Assembly (NCBI GenBank): GCA_963775425.1
Contig: CAVZJB010000012.1
Coordinates: 380,430-444,429, forward strand
Direction of reading: 5' to 3'
Length of the DNA: 64,000 bases
DNA from: an uncultured delta proteobacterium
Lineage (GTDB): Bacteria > Myxococcota > UBA727 > VGSZ01
A program made the position numbers and the translations under genes. Position 1 is the first letter of the stretch. Each line of letters starts with the position of its first letter. Shown in pieces: positions 30,536 to 41,868 of this stretch. The notes below the pieces were generated by a model. That model searched no databases. It was given only the letters and a program-made list of their open reading frames with translations, and was not told the origin of the DNA.

Positions 30536-31465
30536 TCATATCGGCGGGAGCGCTTGCGCGAGCGCGCGCAGGTGGGGCGCGGGGAGGCCGGCGTCGTCGG
30601 CGGCGCGCAGGAAGCCGCGCATCATCTCGCGCGTCTGCTTGCCGACCTTGGTGAAGTGGTACGCGAGGTACGGCTCGAGCGGCAGCGGCGCGATGCGCGG
30701 CGCCCACCACAGGGCTGCGCGCAGGACCGCGGGGCGCGCGAGCATCCTCGGCCCGGCGCCGGAGACGCCCTGCGTGCGCGCCACGGCCTCGACGCACTCG
30801 CGCACGGCGCCGTCGAGGCGCTTGCGGCACGCGGCGAGGTCCCAGCCGCTGGCCTCGAGCGTCGCGATCACCCCCATGAGCAACGCCGAGCCGATGGCGC
30901 GCATCTTGGACGCGTCGTGGACGACGCGCGCGCGCATGCCGCCGCGACGCAGGAGGTCGGCGGCGCGCTTGGCGCCCGGGCCCGACAGCGTGGTGGGCAA
31001 AAACGGCGGCAGCCAGTACGCGATGCCGGGAGAGCGCCCGGCCTCCTCGGGGACGTTCGGCAGCGGCGTCTGGTACGCGATGAACGGGATGACGCCGTCG
31101 ACGAGGCGCTCCTTGCCGATGATGCGCCCGGAGCGGCCGTCGAGCCCGGGGGCGAGGTCGATGACGAGCGCGTCGCCGGTGGCGTCCACGATCGCCCCGA
31201 GCGCGGCGTCGTCGAGGCCGGTGGTGGGCACGCACAGCCACACCTGCTGCACCGAGCGCCCGCGCAGCGCCTCGACGTCGCCGACGACGTCGGTGGCCAC
31301 GAGCAGCTCGTCGGTGGTTCCGCGGTACAGCTTGATGCCCGCCTTCACCTCGTCGACGTACTTGGGACGAACCACGAACGTGAGCTCCGAGCCCGCGCGC
31401 AGGATGTGCCGGCCGTACACCGCGCCTACCGCTCCCGCGCCCACCACTACGACGTGCTTCGTCAT
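30536..31465 (-). CDS. Ketopantoate reductase-family (PanE/ApbA-like) protein
   Basis: VVVVGAGAVGAVYG Rossmann motif; the C-terminal half is divergent. Confidence 0.75.
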   Translation of the reverse strand: MTKHVVVVGAGAVGAVYGRHILRAGSELTFVVRPKYVDEVKAGIKLYRGTTDELLVATDVVGDVEALRGRSVQQVWLCVPTTGLDDAALGAIVDATGDALVIDLAPGLDGRSGRIIGKERLVDGVIPFIAYQTPLPNVPEEAGRSPGIAYWLPPFLPTTLSGPGAKRAADLLRRGGMRARVVHDASKMRAIGSALLMGVIATLEASGWDLAACRKRLDGAVRECVEAVARTQGVSGAGPRMLARPAVLRAALWWAPRIAPLPLEPYLAYHFTKVGKQTREMMRGFLRAADDAGLPAPHLRALAQALPPI

Positions 31466-31556
31466 CGGCGCGAGCCTAGCGCGACGCGCTACGGCGGCGT
31501 CGGGCGCAACAGCTCGTGCGTGTTGAACAGCGCGACCCACAGCGCGCCCGCGTCGC

Positions 31557-32858
31557 TCAAGGCGCGGGCTCGCCGGGCGCCGGGCGCTCGCCCCGCACGA
31601 AGCGCGCGTGCAGCGCCCGCGCGGCGTCCTCGACGACGGCGGGGTCGACGAGGAAGGTGACGCGGAAGCTCGACGTGGACAGCCCACGCACGGCCACGCT
31701 TCGCCCTTCGAGGAGCGCGAGCGCGTCGACGAGCACGTGCCGGTCCTCGAGCATTCCCTGGCCGACGAGCGAGACCGCGCCGTGGTCTCTCCCGCGCGCG
31801 ACGCCCGCGGGCAGCCCGGCGCAGCAGCGCTCGAAGCCGTGCGCGTCCTCGGGCGGCACGAGGCACTCGAGGCCTCCCGGCGCGCGCGGCGAAGCGCCCC
31901 CGTCGGTCGCGCTCGCCCCTCCGCCGAAGCCGACGATCTGCCCCGAGGGGATGTGGTGCGCCTCGAGGTGCTCGACGAGCGCCCGCGCGCGGCCGACGTC
32001 CGCGGCGACGAGCGAATGCAAAAGCGCGCGGTGCGCGACGCCGCGCACGCCGCCCACCGGCGCCGGCGCGTCCTTGCGGACCACCGTGCCCGCGCCCGCG
32101 CCCGCGCGCGGCCCATCGTCGGACGTGCGCTTGTCCCCCGCGTCGCCGGAGAGCCCGGCGTGGGGCGTCTTCAGCGCATACAGCGCGATGCCCTTCGCCT
32201 TGGCGAACTGCACCGCCTGCGCGTTCAACACCTTCGCGCCCGCCTGCGCCAGCTCCTGCATCTCCTCGTAGGACAGCTCGTCGATCCTGCGCGCGTCGGG
32301 GACCACGCGCGGGTCCGCCGTCCACACGCCGTCGACGTCGCTGTAGATCTCGCAGTCGGCGTCGAGCGCCGCCGCCAACGCCACCGCCGTGGTGTCCGAG
32401 CCGCCGCGTCCGAGCGTGGTGATCTCCTTGGCGTACGACACGCCCTGAAAGCCCGCGATGACGACGACGCGGCCGCGCTCGAGCTCGTCTTGCACCCGGT
32501 ACGGCCGCACCTCGAGGACGCGCGCGCCCGCGTGCATCGCGTTGGTGATGATGCCGCTCTGGCTCCCGGTGAAGCTCACGGCGTCCACGCCGGCGTCGAC
32601 GAGCGCCATGCACAGGAGCGCCGCGCTCGCGCGCTCGCCGACGGACAAGAGCATGTCCAGCTCGCGCCGCGCGGGCTCCTTGGCGATCTCCTTCGCCTGC
32701 GCCAGCAGCGCGTCGGTGGTCTTGCCCATCGCGCTGACCACCACGCACACGCGTTGCCCGCCCTTGGCGCGCTGTCCCACCAGCGTGGCGACGCGCCGGA
32801 TCTTGTCGAGGTCGGCGACCGACGAGCCGCCGAACTTCATGACCACGCACGCGCTCAC
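31557..32858 (-). CDS. lysC: Aspartate kinase
   Basis: [45 protein letters not shown]; ACT-like C-terminus. Confidence 0.95.
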   Translation of the reverse strand: MSACVVMKFGGSSVADLDKIRRVATLVGQRAKGGQRVCVVVSAMGKTTDALLAQAKEIAKEPARRELDMLLSVGERASAALLCMALVDAGVDAVSFTGSQSGIITNAMHAGARVLEVRPYRVQDELERGRVVVIAGFQGVSYAKEITTLGRGGSDTTAVALAAALDADCEIYSDVDGVWTADPRVVPDARRIDELSYEEMQELAQAGAKVLNAQAVQFAKAKGIALYALKTPHAGLSGDAGDKRTSDDGPRAGAGAGTVVRKDAPAPVGGVRGVAHRALLHSLVAADVGRARALVEHLEAHHIPSGQIVGFGGGASATDGGASPRAPGGLECLVPPEDAHGFERCCAGLPAGVARGRDHGAVSLVGQGMLEDRHVLVDALALLEGRSVAVRGLSTSSFRVTFLVDPAVVEDAARALHARFVRGERPAPGEPAP

Positions 32859-32871
32859 GCGACCCTCGGGC

Positions 32872-34137
32872 TCACGGCTTGCCCCGCGTCTCGCCGTGGC
32901 CGAGCACGATCCACTTGCGCGCGCACAGCTCCTCGAGACCCATGGGCCCGTACGCGTGCAGCTTGCTGGTGGAGATGCCGAGCTCGGCGCCGAGGCCGAG
33001 GGCGCCGCCGTCGTTGAAGCGGGTGGAGGCGTTGACGAGCACGCAACTGGCGTCGACCTCGCGCAGGAAACGCATGGCCACGTCGTGATCTTTCGCGATG
33101 ACGCTCTCGGTGTGACGCGAGCCGTGCTCGCGCAGGAACGCCAGCGCCTGCTCGAGGCCGTCGACGACCTTGACGGCCATCTGGAGCCCGAGGAACTCCG
33201 TGTCGAAGTCCTGCGGCGAGGCCGGCACCAGGTCCGTGACGACCGCGCGCGCGCGGTCGTCGCCGTGCACCTCGACCTTGTGGCGCCGCAGCGCCTCCAC
33301 CGCGCGCGGCAGGAACGCGGACGCGACGGCGGCGTCGACGACGAGGCACTCGGCGGCGTTGCACACGCCCGGGCGCGACACCTTGGCGTTCACCAGCACG
33401 CGCTCGGCGACGTCGAGGTCCGCGCTCTCGTGCACGTAGACGTGGCAGATGCCCTGGTAGTGCTGGATGACGGGCACGCGCGCGTGCTCGTTGACGGCGT
33501 CGATGAGGCCGGTGCCGCCGCGCGGGATGGCGAGGTCGATGTCGCCGCGCCGCTGCAAGAGCGCGTGGAGCAGCGCGCGGTCGGGCTCGTCGACGAAGAG
33601 CGCGGCGTCCTCGGGGAGGTGCGCGACCTTCAACGCGTCGCGCACCACGGAGGCGAGCGCGTGGTTGGAAAAGCGCGCCTCCTTGCCGCCGCGCAGGATG
33701 ACGGCGTTGCCCGCCTTCAGGCACAGCGCGGCTGCGTCGACGGTGACGTTGGGCCGGCTCTCGTAGACGATGAAGATCACGCCGAGGGGGACGCGCATCC
33801 GCCCGGCCTGGATGCCGCTCGGCTGCGTCTCGAGCTGTTCGACGGCGCCCACGGGATCGGGGAGCGTGGCGATCTTGCGGACCGCGCCGGCGAGGGCCCC
33901 GATGCGGCCGTCGTCGAGGCGCAGGCGGTCGACGAGGGCGGCGGAGAGGCCCGCCTTCTGGGCCGCCTCGACGTCGCGCTCGTTCTCCTCGAGGATGGCC
34001 ACGCGCGCGGGCCCTTCGAGCTCCTCGGCGATGAGCTCGAGCGCGTGGTCCTTTTGCGCGGTCGATGCCGCCGCCATCCTGGCGGCGGCGGCGCGCGCGC
34101 GGGCTCCGAGGGAGGCGGCCAGGGCGTCGGCGTCCAT
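32872..34137 (-). CDS. proA: Glutamate-5-semialdehyde dehydrogenase
   Basis: [48 protein letters not shown]. Confidence 0.97.
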   Translation of the reverse strand: MDADALAASLGARARAAAARMAAASTAQKDHALELIAEELEGPARVAILEENERDVEAAQKAGLSAALVDRLRLDDGRIGALAGAVRKIATLPDPVGAVEQLETQPSGIQAGRMRVPLGVIFIVYESRPNVTVDAAALCLKAGNAVILRGGKEARFSNHALASVVRDALKVAHLPEDAALFVDEPDRALLHALLQRRGDIDLAIPRGGTGLIDAVNEHARVPVIQHYQGICHVYVHESADLDVAERVLVNAKVSRPGVCNAAECLVVDAAVASAFLPRAVEALRRHKVEVHGDDRARAVVTDLVPASPQDFDTEFLGLQMAVKVVDGLEQALAFLREHGSRHTESVIAKDHDVAMRFLREVDASCVLVNASTRFNDGGALGLGAELGISTSKLHAYGPMGLEELCARKWIVLGHGETRGKP

Positions 34138-34222
34138 GCCGCCGGTGTGGCACACGCGGCGGCGGAAGTCGAAGCGGCCCGCCGGGCGAACGCGCGACGG
34201 CTCGTCTTGGAGGAAGCGACGA

Positions 34223-35118
34223 CTACGGGTGGAAGGTGTCCGCGCCGGCGACGGGCAGGACGGCCTCGAAGCTCAGGAACACCTGACCGCTCGCGGTGAC
34301 GTCGGTGTTGACGCCGCCGGTGCAGGCCTCGCACGTGGCGACGAGCGCCGTGTTGTCGCTGCCGGGCTGCATGATCATGGCGTGGTTCTGCGAGCCGTCG
34401 AAGTAGCCGCCGTGGCCGACGACGTCGGAGAACGGCACGCCGGCCGGGAGCTTGGTCATGTCGATGGCGAGCTCCGCGGGCAGCCGCCACGTCAGCGCCG
34501 AGCCCGGGGCGAGGACCTCGCTGATGACGGTACGCACGCGCAGTTGCACGGAGTCACCGATGCGCCGCACCCTGGCCGCGGTCTGGCCCATGACGATCGC
34601 GGAGCCGTCGACCTCGGCCGTGACGGTGGTGGCCGTCCACGGCGCCGCCTCGGGCACGGCCGCGACGGCGGACGCGAGCGCGGTGCCGGGCGCCGCCGCC
34701 TCCGCCACGCCCGCGCCGAGCGCGTAGGGCACCGCGGTGCTGCGCGCGCGGCCGAGGCTGGTGCCGCCGACGTTGACGTCGACAAAGACGGCGTCGGCGG
34801 TGCGGGTGGCGGCGGCGCAGGTCGCGGGCAGGCCGACCTCGAAGCGCCCGCCGGTGACGGTGACCGTCTGGGCGCCCGTGTCGCACAGCGCGTTGCCGCC
34901 GCTGGCCGCGTCGAAGAAGCGCAGCTGAATCTGGCGGTCGCCGTCCACGGGGGCGCCGGCGTCCTCGAGGACCCCGGTGTACACGAGCGCGTCGGCGTCC
35001 GCCGGCGTGGTGGCTCGCGAGACGCCGAAGCCGAACAGCCCCGCCGCGACGAAGCCGGCGACGGCGAGCAGCCGGCGCACGGTGGCCGCGCGAACGGTGA
35101 AGGTGAGCGTGTCGTTCT

Positions 35119-35122
<4 letters not shown>
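34223..35122 (-). CDS. Secreted hypothetical surface protein
   Basis: Signal peptide; N-terminal LVYTGVLEDAGAPVDG...GRFEVGL...AVPYA domain; variable beta-rich C-terminus. Confidence 0.75.
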
Positions 35123-35528
<406 letters not shown>

Positions 35529-35532
<4 letters not shown>

Positions 35533-36293
35533 TCCAGGAGGAACGCTGCGGCGACCAGGCCGGCGCCGCCGGCGGCGAGCGCCGCGCCGGCGACGAGGGT
35601 GGTGACGTAGAGGGGGTGCGCCGCGGTGGCGCTTTGCTTGTCCGCGCCGGACGAGTCGGGGTCGCCGACGGTGCCGATGGCGCCGCCGACGAGGACGCCG
35701 CCGACCACGCCGGCGGCCACGCCCACCACGGTGGCGCCCACGCCGCCCCACAACAGGACGGGCGACGGCCCCGAAGACGCCGTCGCCGGCGGCGGCGGCT
35801 CGCCGGTGTAGGCGGCGGCGAGGCGGCGCGCGGCGGCCTCGACCTCCTTGGAGAGATCTTCGAGGCGCTCGCTCTCCGCCTTCTCGCGCGCGATGGCGCG
35901 GCTCCTGCGGGCGTCAAAGAGGCTGAGCGTGACGGAGTAGAGGGAGCCGAAGCGCCCGACGGAGCCGTGCACGAGGACGTCGGCGCCGAGGGCGGTGGCA
36001 ATCTCGGCCATGCACGCGTCGCCCGCCTCGCACGTCGCGCCCGAGGACCGCCGGCCGGCCTCGACGTTCATCATCGCGCGCAGGTCGGCGGCGCTGACGA
36101 CGTCGTCGACGACGTGCGCGTGCTGGAGCGTGACGGCGATGCTCTCGGAGATGGTCTTCACGATGGCGCCGTCGACGTCGTTGGCCGACAGGTCGAGGAT
36201 GACGAGCCGCGTGCGCGCCGGGTCCTTCGCGGGCGTGGCGCCCGCCGCCGGCGCGGCGGTGGAGGAGAGCACGAGGAGCGCGAGCCCGAGCAT
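35529..36293 (-). CDS. Exported CsgG/TolB-N-like CxxxxxC[LM] protein with C-terminal Gly-rich hairpin
   Basis: RLVILDL...CEAGDACMAEIATALGADVLVHGSVGRFGSLYSVTLSLFD; clear paralog of 11917..12699. Confidence 0.8.
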
Positions 36294-36356
36294 CGGCGCC
36301 CAGTGACAGGGGGCGCGGCTCAATTCAATGCCTGGCGCGAGAATGCCCGGCGCGCG

Positions 36357-37457
36357 TCAGAGGATGACGAGGTCGTCGCGGTGGACGAGCTCGCCGGGGA
36401 GCGCGTCGACGAGGGCGTGGGCCTCCGCGGTCTTCTTGCCCGCGACGCGGTGGGCGTCGGCGGCGGAGAGGCGGGCGAGGCCGCGGGCGAAGACGCGGCC
36501 GTCGGCGGCGGCGATGTTCACGGCGTCCCCGGGCGAAAACAATCCGTCGACGCCCTTGACGCCCGCGAACAACAGTGACGCGTTCTTCCTGAGCGCGGCC
36601 TCCGCACCTGCGTCGACGAGCACCGTGCCCTTCGGACGCAGCGCCGTCCCGATCCAGCGCTTGCGGGCCCGCGCCCGGTCGGCCGCCGGCGCCTCGATGA
36701 GCGTGCCGACGTCGTCGCCCCCGAGCACGCGCGCGAGGACGTCGGGCTCGCGCCCGGGCGCTATCACCGTGGCCGCGCCGTGCCGCTGCGCCTGCGCCGC
36801 CGCGTCGAGCTTGGTGATCATCCCGCCGGTGCCGAAGTGCGCCGCCGGCCCCGCCGCCGCGCGCACGTCGTCGAGCACGGTGACCACGGGGATGCGCCTG
36901 GCCGCCGGGTCCACCGCCGGGTCCGCGGTGAACAGCCCGGCCGCGCCCGTCAACAACACCACCGCCGACGCGTCGCACAGCCCGCACACCTGCGCCGCCA
37001 GCGTGTCGTTGTCGCCGAGCTTGATCTCGTCGACGGCGACGGTGTCGTTCTCGTTGACGACGGGCACCACGCCCGCCTCGATGAGCCGCAGCACCGCCTG
37101 GCGCGCGTTCAGGTAGCGCCTTCGATCGCGCAGGTCGGCGTGCGTGAGCAGCACCTGCGCGACCTCGAGGCCGTGCGCGAGGAACGCCTCGCCCCAGCGG
37201 CGCATGAGCTTCGATTGGCCCGCCGCCGCCGCCGCCTGCAGCCCCGCGAGGTCGCGCGGCCGCTCCTTCAGGCCGAGCGCCGGATAGCCGAGCGCGATGG
37301 CGCCCGACGACACCAGCGCGACGTCGACGCCCCGTTGCCTGAGCGCGGCGATCTGCGCCGCGAGCCCGGCGAAGGGGTCGGCGCCCGGGTCCACGAGCAG
37401 CGCGGAGCCGATCTTGACGACGACGCGCTTGGCCGCGCGCAGATCATCGCGGGGCAC
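36357..37457 (-). CDS. proB: Glutamate 5-kinase with PUA domain
   Basis: VVKIGS, VSSGAI, NENDTV, GDNDTL, GTGGMITK. Confidence 0.97.
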   Translation of the reverse strand: MPRDDLRAAKRVVVKIGSALLVDPGADPFAGLAAQIAALRQRGVDVALVSSGAIALGYPALGLKERPRDLAGLQAAAAAGQSKLMRRWGEAFLAHGLEVAQVLLTHADLRDRRRYLNARQAVLRLIEAGVVPVVNENDTVAVDEIKLGDNDTLAAQVCGLCDASAVVLLTGAAGLFTADPAVDPAARRIPVVTVLDDVRAAAGPAAHFGTGGMITKLDAAAQAQRHGAATVIAPGREPDVLARVLGGDDVGTLIEAPAADRARARKRWIGTALRPKGTVLVDAGAEAALRKNASLLFAGVKGVDGLFSPGDAVNIAAADGRVFARGLARLSAADAHRVAGKKTAEAHALVDALPGELVHRDDLVIL

Positions 37458-37466
37458 GGCGGCGGC

Positions 37467-38576
37467 TCACGGGTTGTCGTCGTCGTCGTCCGGGATCTCG
37501 CCCGGCTTGGCGGGTTTCTTGGCCTTTTCGCCCTTGGAGCCGGGGCCCGGCGACGACGGGCCGCCGTCCGTCGGCAGCGGCGGCACGATGCCGCCGCCCT
37601 CGAGGAGCGCGCGCGGCTCCACCGGCATCTTCCTGCGGACCACCTCTTCGATGGCGTCCTTGGGCATCGGCACCGTGTGGCTCTTGCCGACGTCGCTGTA
37701 GGAGGCGTCGATCTTCACTTCGAGGCGCGCCGGATCGGCGCCGTCGCCGACGACCATGGCGCCGCCGAAGCGCACGAACGTGATGACCGCGGAGTCCATG
37801 TCGATCCACAGCTCGCCCTCGCCACCGGCGGGCCTGGCGCGATCGCGCCACTGGGAGAGGCGGTCGCGCATGCGCTTGCGGTGCTCGGCGGGGGGCTCGT
37901 CGGCGGGGCCGCCGTCGGGGCCCACGGGCTGCGGCGGCACCTTGGCGCCCGCGGCGCGCGCCTGGGCGCTCTCGTCGGGGAGCGAGATCTTGTACTTCAT
38001 GACCTCGCGCCCGCCCTGCTTGCCCGCGCCGAGCTTCTGCACCACGAGGCCGTGGGCGACGAGGTCGTAGAAGCCGCGCCACACGCCGATGGCGTCCGTG
38101 CGGAAGGCGTTGCGCTCGCCCTGCGGGTCCCGGTCGATGCGCCACTTGCCGTTGTTGTTCTTGAGGAAGAAGACCTCGTTGACGTAGGCGAGCTTCATCT
38201 CGCTGCCGTCGCCGGTGGTGGTGTCCACGGCGAAGTCGCCGTTGTCGGACTGCACCATGCGCGTCTTCTCGGCGGAGCGCACGCCGGGGACGGCGCCGCG
38301 GCCGAAGGTCATCTGGCCCGACGAGTTGAACGAGAAGCTCTTCAAGCGCGCGGCGATCTCGGTGCCGTCCATGTGCACGACCCGTCGCATCACGTCGGGG
38401 TCGGTGAGCTTGTCGACGTCGATCTTGTCGTCGGCGGCCTTGACGTGCGGATCCGGCGGCGCCGGCTTCTGCATGCGCTTCTTGGCGTCGATGTTCTCCT
38501 GCCGCTGGCACGTGCACACCGGCCCGGCGATGGCTGCGGCCACGAGGAGGAACGCCAGCGGGGCTCTGCGCATCAT
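37467..38576 (-). CDS. Exported hypothetical protein (possible lipoprotein)
   Basis: Basic/hydrophobic N-terminus with CTC; beta-rich body; strong GC3 bias. Confidence 0.75.
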   Translation of the reverse strand: MMRRAPLAFLLVAAAIAGPVCTCQRQENIDAKKRMQKPAPPDPHVKAADDKIDVDKLTDPDVMRRVVHMDGTEIAARLKSFSFNSSGQMTFGRGAVPGVRSAEKTRMVQSDNGDFAVDTTTGDGSEMKLAYVNEVFFLKNNNGKWRIDRDPQGERNAFRTDAIGVWRGFYDLVAHGLVVQKLGAGKQGGREVMKYKISLPDESAQARAAGAKVPPQPVGPDGGPADEPPAEHRKRMRDRLSQWRDRARPAGGEGELWIDMDSAVITFVRFGGAMVVGDGADPARLEVKIDASYSDVGKSHTVPMPKDAIEEVVRRKMPVEPRALLEGGGIVPPLPTDGGPSSPGPGSKGEKAKKPAKPGEIPDDDDDNP

Positions 38577-38659
38577 GGCCACAACGCTTAGCAGCCGCGC
38601 GCCGTTCCCGGAAGATGCCCGTGCGAGGACTCCGTCCCGTCCCTTCGTTAGAACGCTTC

Positions 38660-38989
38660 ATGACAGCGCATTGGATCAGCGGCCCTGCGGTCCTCGCGTT
38701 CACCCTGGCCCTCGCCTGTGGCGGCGACGCCGGGCCCGACGACGGCGGCGCCGACGGCGCCGATCCCGGCGACGACGCCGGCACCGTCGTCGACGACGCG
38801 GGCAGCGCCGCCGTCGACGCCGGGCCTCACGTCGTGAGCCAGATCGATCCCTGCGAGCACGTCGTGTGCGGCCCCGCGTCGACGTGCGAGGGCGGCTCCT
38901 GCCGCTGCATCCCGGGCTTCCACGAGTGCAACGGCAGCGCCCTCGACGGCTGCGAGACCGATCTCACCGTCGACGGCGCGTGCCCCTGA
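38660..38989 (+). CDS. Small Cys-rich lipoprotein with EGF-like module
   Basis: ALAC lipobox; DPCEHVVCGPASTCEGGSCRCIPGFHECNG..DGCE. Confidence 0.75.
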   Translation: MTAHWISGPAVLAFTLALACGGDAGPDDGGADGADPGDDAGTVVDDAGSAAVDAGPHVVSQIDPCEHVVCGPASTCEGGSCRCIPGFHECNGSALDGCETDLTVDGACP

Positions 38990-39025
38990 GCGGCCGCGTC
39001 GGGCCCCCTCCGGCGCCCTCGGCCG

Positions 39026-39823
39026 TCAGTCCCCGAACGCGACGTCGGTCTTCAGCGTGACCGCCTGCGGCGGCGCGAAGTAGAGGTACGCGCCGGCGCC
39101 GGCGGCGGCGAGCACCAGGATCCCGCCGGTGATGCCGCCGACGGCGAGCCAGGGGAAGCCGCCGCCGTCGCCGCCCGCGACCTCCTTGGGCGGCGGGGGC
39201 GGGGGCGGGGCCTTGGCCTTCTTGGCGGGCAGCGGCGCCAGGCCCACCTCGCCCCCGGCGGCGTCGTAGGCGACGACGGTGACGTCGACCGCCGCCGGCA
39301 GCTCGAGCTCGATGAGCGGCGCGGCGCGCACCGGCGCCGCCGACGCGCCGCCCTTGCCGCGCCAGCCGATCTTCTGCACGAGCTGCAGCTCGTCGACGAG
39401 CTTGAGCCGCACCACGCGCACGCCGCCGTCGAGCGTCTCACCGGCGACGGTGATCGACAGCGGCTGCCCCATGACGAAGCTGCCCTTGGCCTCGCGATAC
39501 GACGACGTGAACCGAGGAGAGAGCCCGTCGGGCAGGCGCGCGTCCTTGTCGATGGCGAGCATGTGCTTGAACGCGTCGCGGGCCTTGTCGACGTCGCCGA
39601 CCGCGGCGTCGCACAGGCCGAGGTAGCGGTACGCGTCGACGCGCGCGGAGAGCCTGGCGGGTTGCTGAAGCGCCTTTTGCGCCTCGTCGCGGCACCGCGG
39701 GTAGTCGACGTCGGCGTAGGCCTTCTCGACGGAGGCGAGGCCCCCGTCCGGGGCACCGCCCTGGGCGCGGGCGGAGACCGACAGCAGGAGGAGGGCGGCA
39801 GAGAGCAGGCGCACGCGGCGCAT
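39026..39823 (-). CDS. Exported TPR-like protein with C-terminal TM
   Basis: AYRYLGLCDAAVGDVDKARDAFKHMLAIDKD; poly-Pro linker; hydrophobic tail. Confidence 0.8.
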   Translation of the reverse strand: MRRVRLLSAALLLLSVSARAQGGAPDGGLASVEKAYADVDYPRCRDEAQKALQQPARLSARVDAYRYLGLCDAAVGDVDKARDAFKHMLAIDKDARLPDGLSPRFTSSYREAKGSFVMGQPLSITVAGETLDGGVRVVRLKLVDELQLVQKIGWRGKGGASAAPVRAAPLIELELPAAVDVTVVAYDAAGGEVGLAPLPAKKAKAPPPPPPPKEVAGGDGGGFPWLAVGGITGGILVLAAAGAGAYLYFAPPQAVTLKTDVAFGD

Positions 39824-39863
39824 TTTGACACCCTTGGTGCGGCAGAGGACAATTCGAGGCGCC

Positions 39864-41858
39864 GTGGAAAACGCGGAGATCGATCGCCTCGTGATGAAGC
39901 CGACGGCGCGACGCCGGCTGGGCAAGTACGTCTTGCTCGGCCGGCTCGGGCACGGCGGTATGGGGAAGATCTATCTCGGCTACGCGCCCGGGCCGGCGGG
40001 GATCGAGAAGCTCCTCGTCGTCAAGCGCCTGCACGGACACCTCACCGGCGACCCGGTCCTCGTCAACAGCTTCCTCGACGAGGCGCGCCTGTCCATGGCG
40101 CTCAACCACCCGAACATCGTGCACACCTACGACGTCGGCGAGGTCGACGGCCGCTACTTCATGGTCATGGAGTACATCGAGGGCCAGAACCTCGGCGTGC
40201 TCCTGCGCACCGCCAAGCGCTCGGGGACCTACCCGTCGAGCGCGGTGTGGAGCGGCCTGTTCCTCTCCGTGCTCGACGCGCTCCACGCGGCGCACACGGC
40301 CCGCGACGCGCGCGGCCGCGAGCTGCACATCATCCACCGCGACGTCAGCCCGCAGAACATCCTCGTCACCTACGACGGCCTCGTGAAGCTCGTGGACTTC
40401 GGCATCGCCAAGGCCGCGATGCGCGTCTCCGAGACCGACGCCGGCGTGCTCAAGGGCAAGTACGCGTACATGAGCCCGGAGCAGGTCCGCGGCGACGTCC
40501 TCGACCCCAGGAGCGACGTGTTCGCCGCCGGCATCGTCCTGTGGGAGATGCTCGCGGGGCGGCGGCTGTACAAGGCGGAGACCATCGTGCGCTCCGTCGA
40601 GCGCATCCTGACAGAGCCCGTGATCTCGCCGGTGCGCGTGAACGCCGACTGCGATCCGGAGCTCGCCAAGGTCGCCTTCAAGGCGCTGCAGAAGGACCGG
40701 GAGCAGCGGTTCTCGTCGGCGCTCGAGATGAAGGAGGCCCTCGACGACGCCATCCGCAGGACCGGCCACCGCGTGCGCCAGACCGAGGTGAAGGACCTGA
40801 TGGAGCGGCTGTTCGGCGACGTCATCGAGCGGCAGCGCGCCGTCCTCGAGGCGTGCCTCAGCCAGGCGGACCAACCCGGCACCGCCGCCGGAGACGACGA
40901 CGACAACGAGCCCCGCCAACCCGGCGACTCCGAGAGCGACCTGTCGATGAAGTCGCTGTCGCGGCTCGCGGGGGAGGCCACGACGCCGTCGTCGCTGCGC
41001 CACTCGCCCCTCGTCACCGCCGAGAGCGAGCACGGCGACGAGCGCGCCGCCACCAGCCTCGAGCGGCGGCCGCGCGGGACGCCGTCGCCGCCGACGCCGG
41101 CGCGGTCGCCGGACGCCGTCCTCGCCGAGATCACGGCCACCGCCGGCGCCGTGACGCCGCCACGCCGCTCGCGGGCCCCGCTCCTGGCCCTGCTCGGCCT
41201 CGTCGTCGTCGTCGCCGTGGCGTTCGCCGGTTGGCGCTTCATCGCGTCGGGCGGCGCGGCCGCCCTCCTGGCGCAGGGGGACGCCCCGGCGCCGGCCGCG
41301 GGTGGCGCGACGGCCGGGCCCGCGACCGCCGGCGCCGCCCACGACGACGCAAGCGCGCACGACGAGGGGGCAGACGCCGCGGCGGCGACCGACGACGGCA
41401 GCGTGCAGGCCGGGGGGGCGCACGCCGACGGCAGCGTGCAGGCCGAGGCGGCGCCCGCCGGCGGCAGCGTGCAGGCCGAGGCGGCGCAGGCCGAGGCGGC
41501 GCACGACGACGCCGCTCCGAGCGCCGCCGCCGCCGACGACGGCGCGCCCGCGCACCACCGCCGGACGCGGCCGCCGGCGCACGTGACGCACCGGAGCGAG
41601 CCGCGCGAGGCGCCGCGGCCCCCGCCGGTGGAGGACAAGGGCCCCGCCGAGCTCGGCGCGCTCTCCCTCGACACCGTGCCGTGGACCACGGTCTACCTCG
41701 GCAAGAAGAAGCTCGGCGAGACGCCCCTCGTGAAGGTGCCCGTGCCCGTCGGCGCCATCGAGCTCACGCTCGTCAACCCGCAGGACAACATCCGCGAGCA
41801 GTACATCGCCAACGTGAAGGCGGGCGTGGAGTTCCGCGCGCGCCTGGATCTGAACTAA
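39864..41858 (+). CDS. Membrane Ser/Thr protein kinase with C-terminal PEGA-like domain
   Basis: LGHGGMG, HRDVSPQN, DFGIAK, KGKYAYMSPEQ; TM; PWTTVYLGKKKLGETPL. Confidence 0.94.
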   Translation: MENAEIDRLVMKPTARRRLGKYVLLGRLGHGGMGKIYLGYAPGPAGIEKLLVVKRLHGHLTGDPVLVNSFLDEARLSMALNHPNIVHTYDVGEVDGRYFMVMEYIEGQNLGVLLRTAKRSGTYPSSAVWSGLFLSVLDALHAAHTARDARGRELHIIHRDVSPQNILVTYDGLVKLVDFGIAKAAMRVSETDAGVLKGKYAYMSPEQVRGDVLDPRSDVFAAGIVLWEMLAGRRLYKAETIVRSVERILTEPVISPVRVNADCDPELAKVAFKALQKDREQRFSSALEMKEALDDAIRRTGHRVRQTEVKDLMERLFGDVIERQRAVLEACLSQADQPGTAAGDDDDNEPRQPGDSESDLSMKSLSRLAGEATTPSSLRHSPLVTAESEHGDERAATSLERRPRGTPSPPTPARSPDAVLAEITATAGAVTPPRRSRAPLLALLGLVVVVAVAFAGWRFIASGGAAALLAQGDAPAPAAGGATAGPATAGAAHDDASAHDEGADAAAATDDGSVQAGGAHADGSVQAEAAPAGGSVQAEAAQAEAAHDDAAPSAAAADDGAPAHHRRTRPPAHVTHRSEPREAPRPPPVEDKGPAELGALSLDTVPWTTVYLGKKKLGETPLVKVPVPVGAIELTLVNPQDNIREQYIANVKAGVEFRARLDLN

Positions 41859-41868
41859 GGGGGGCCTC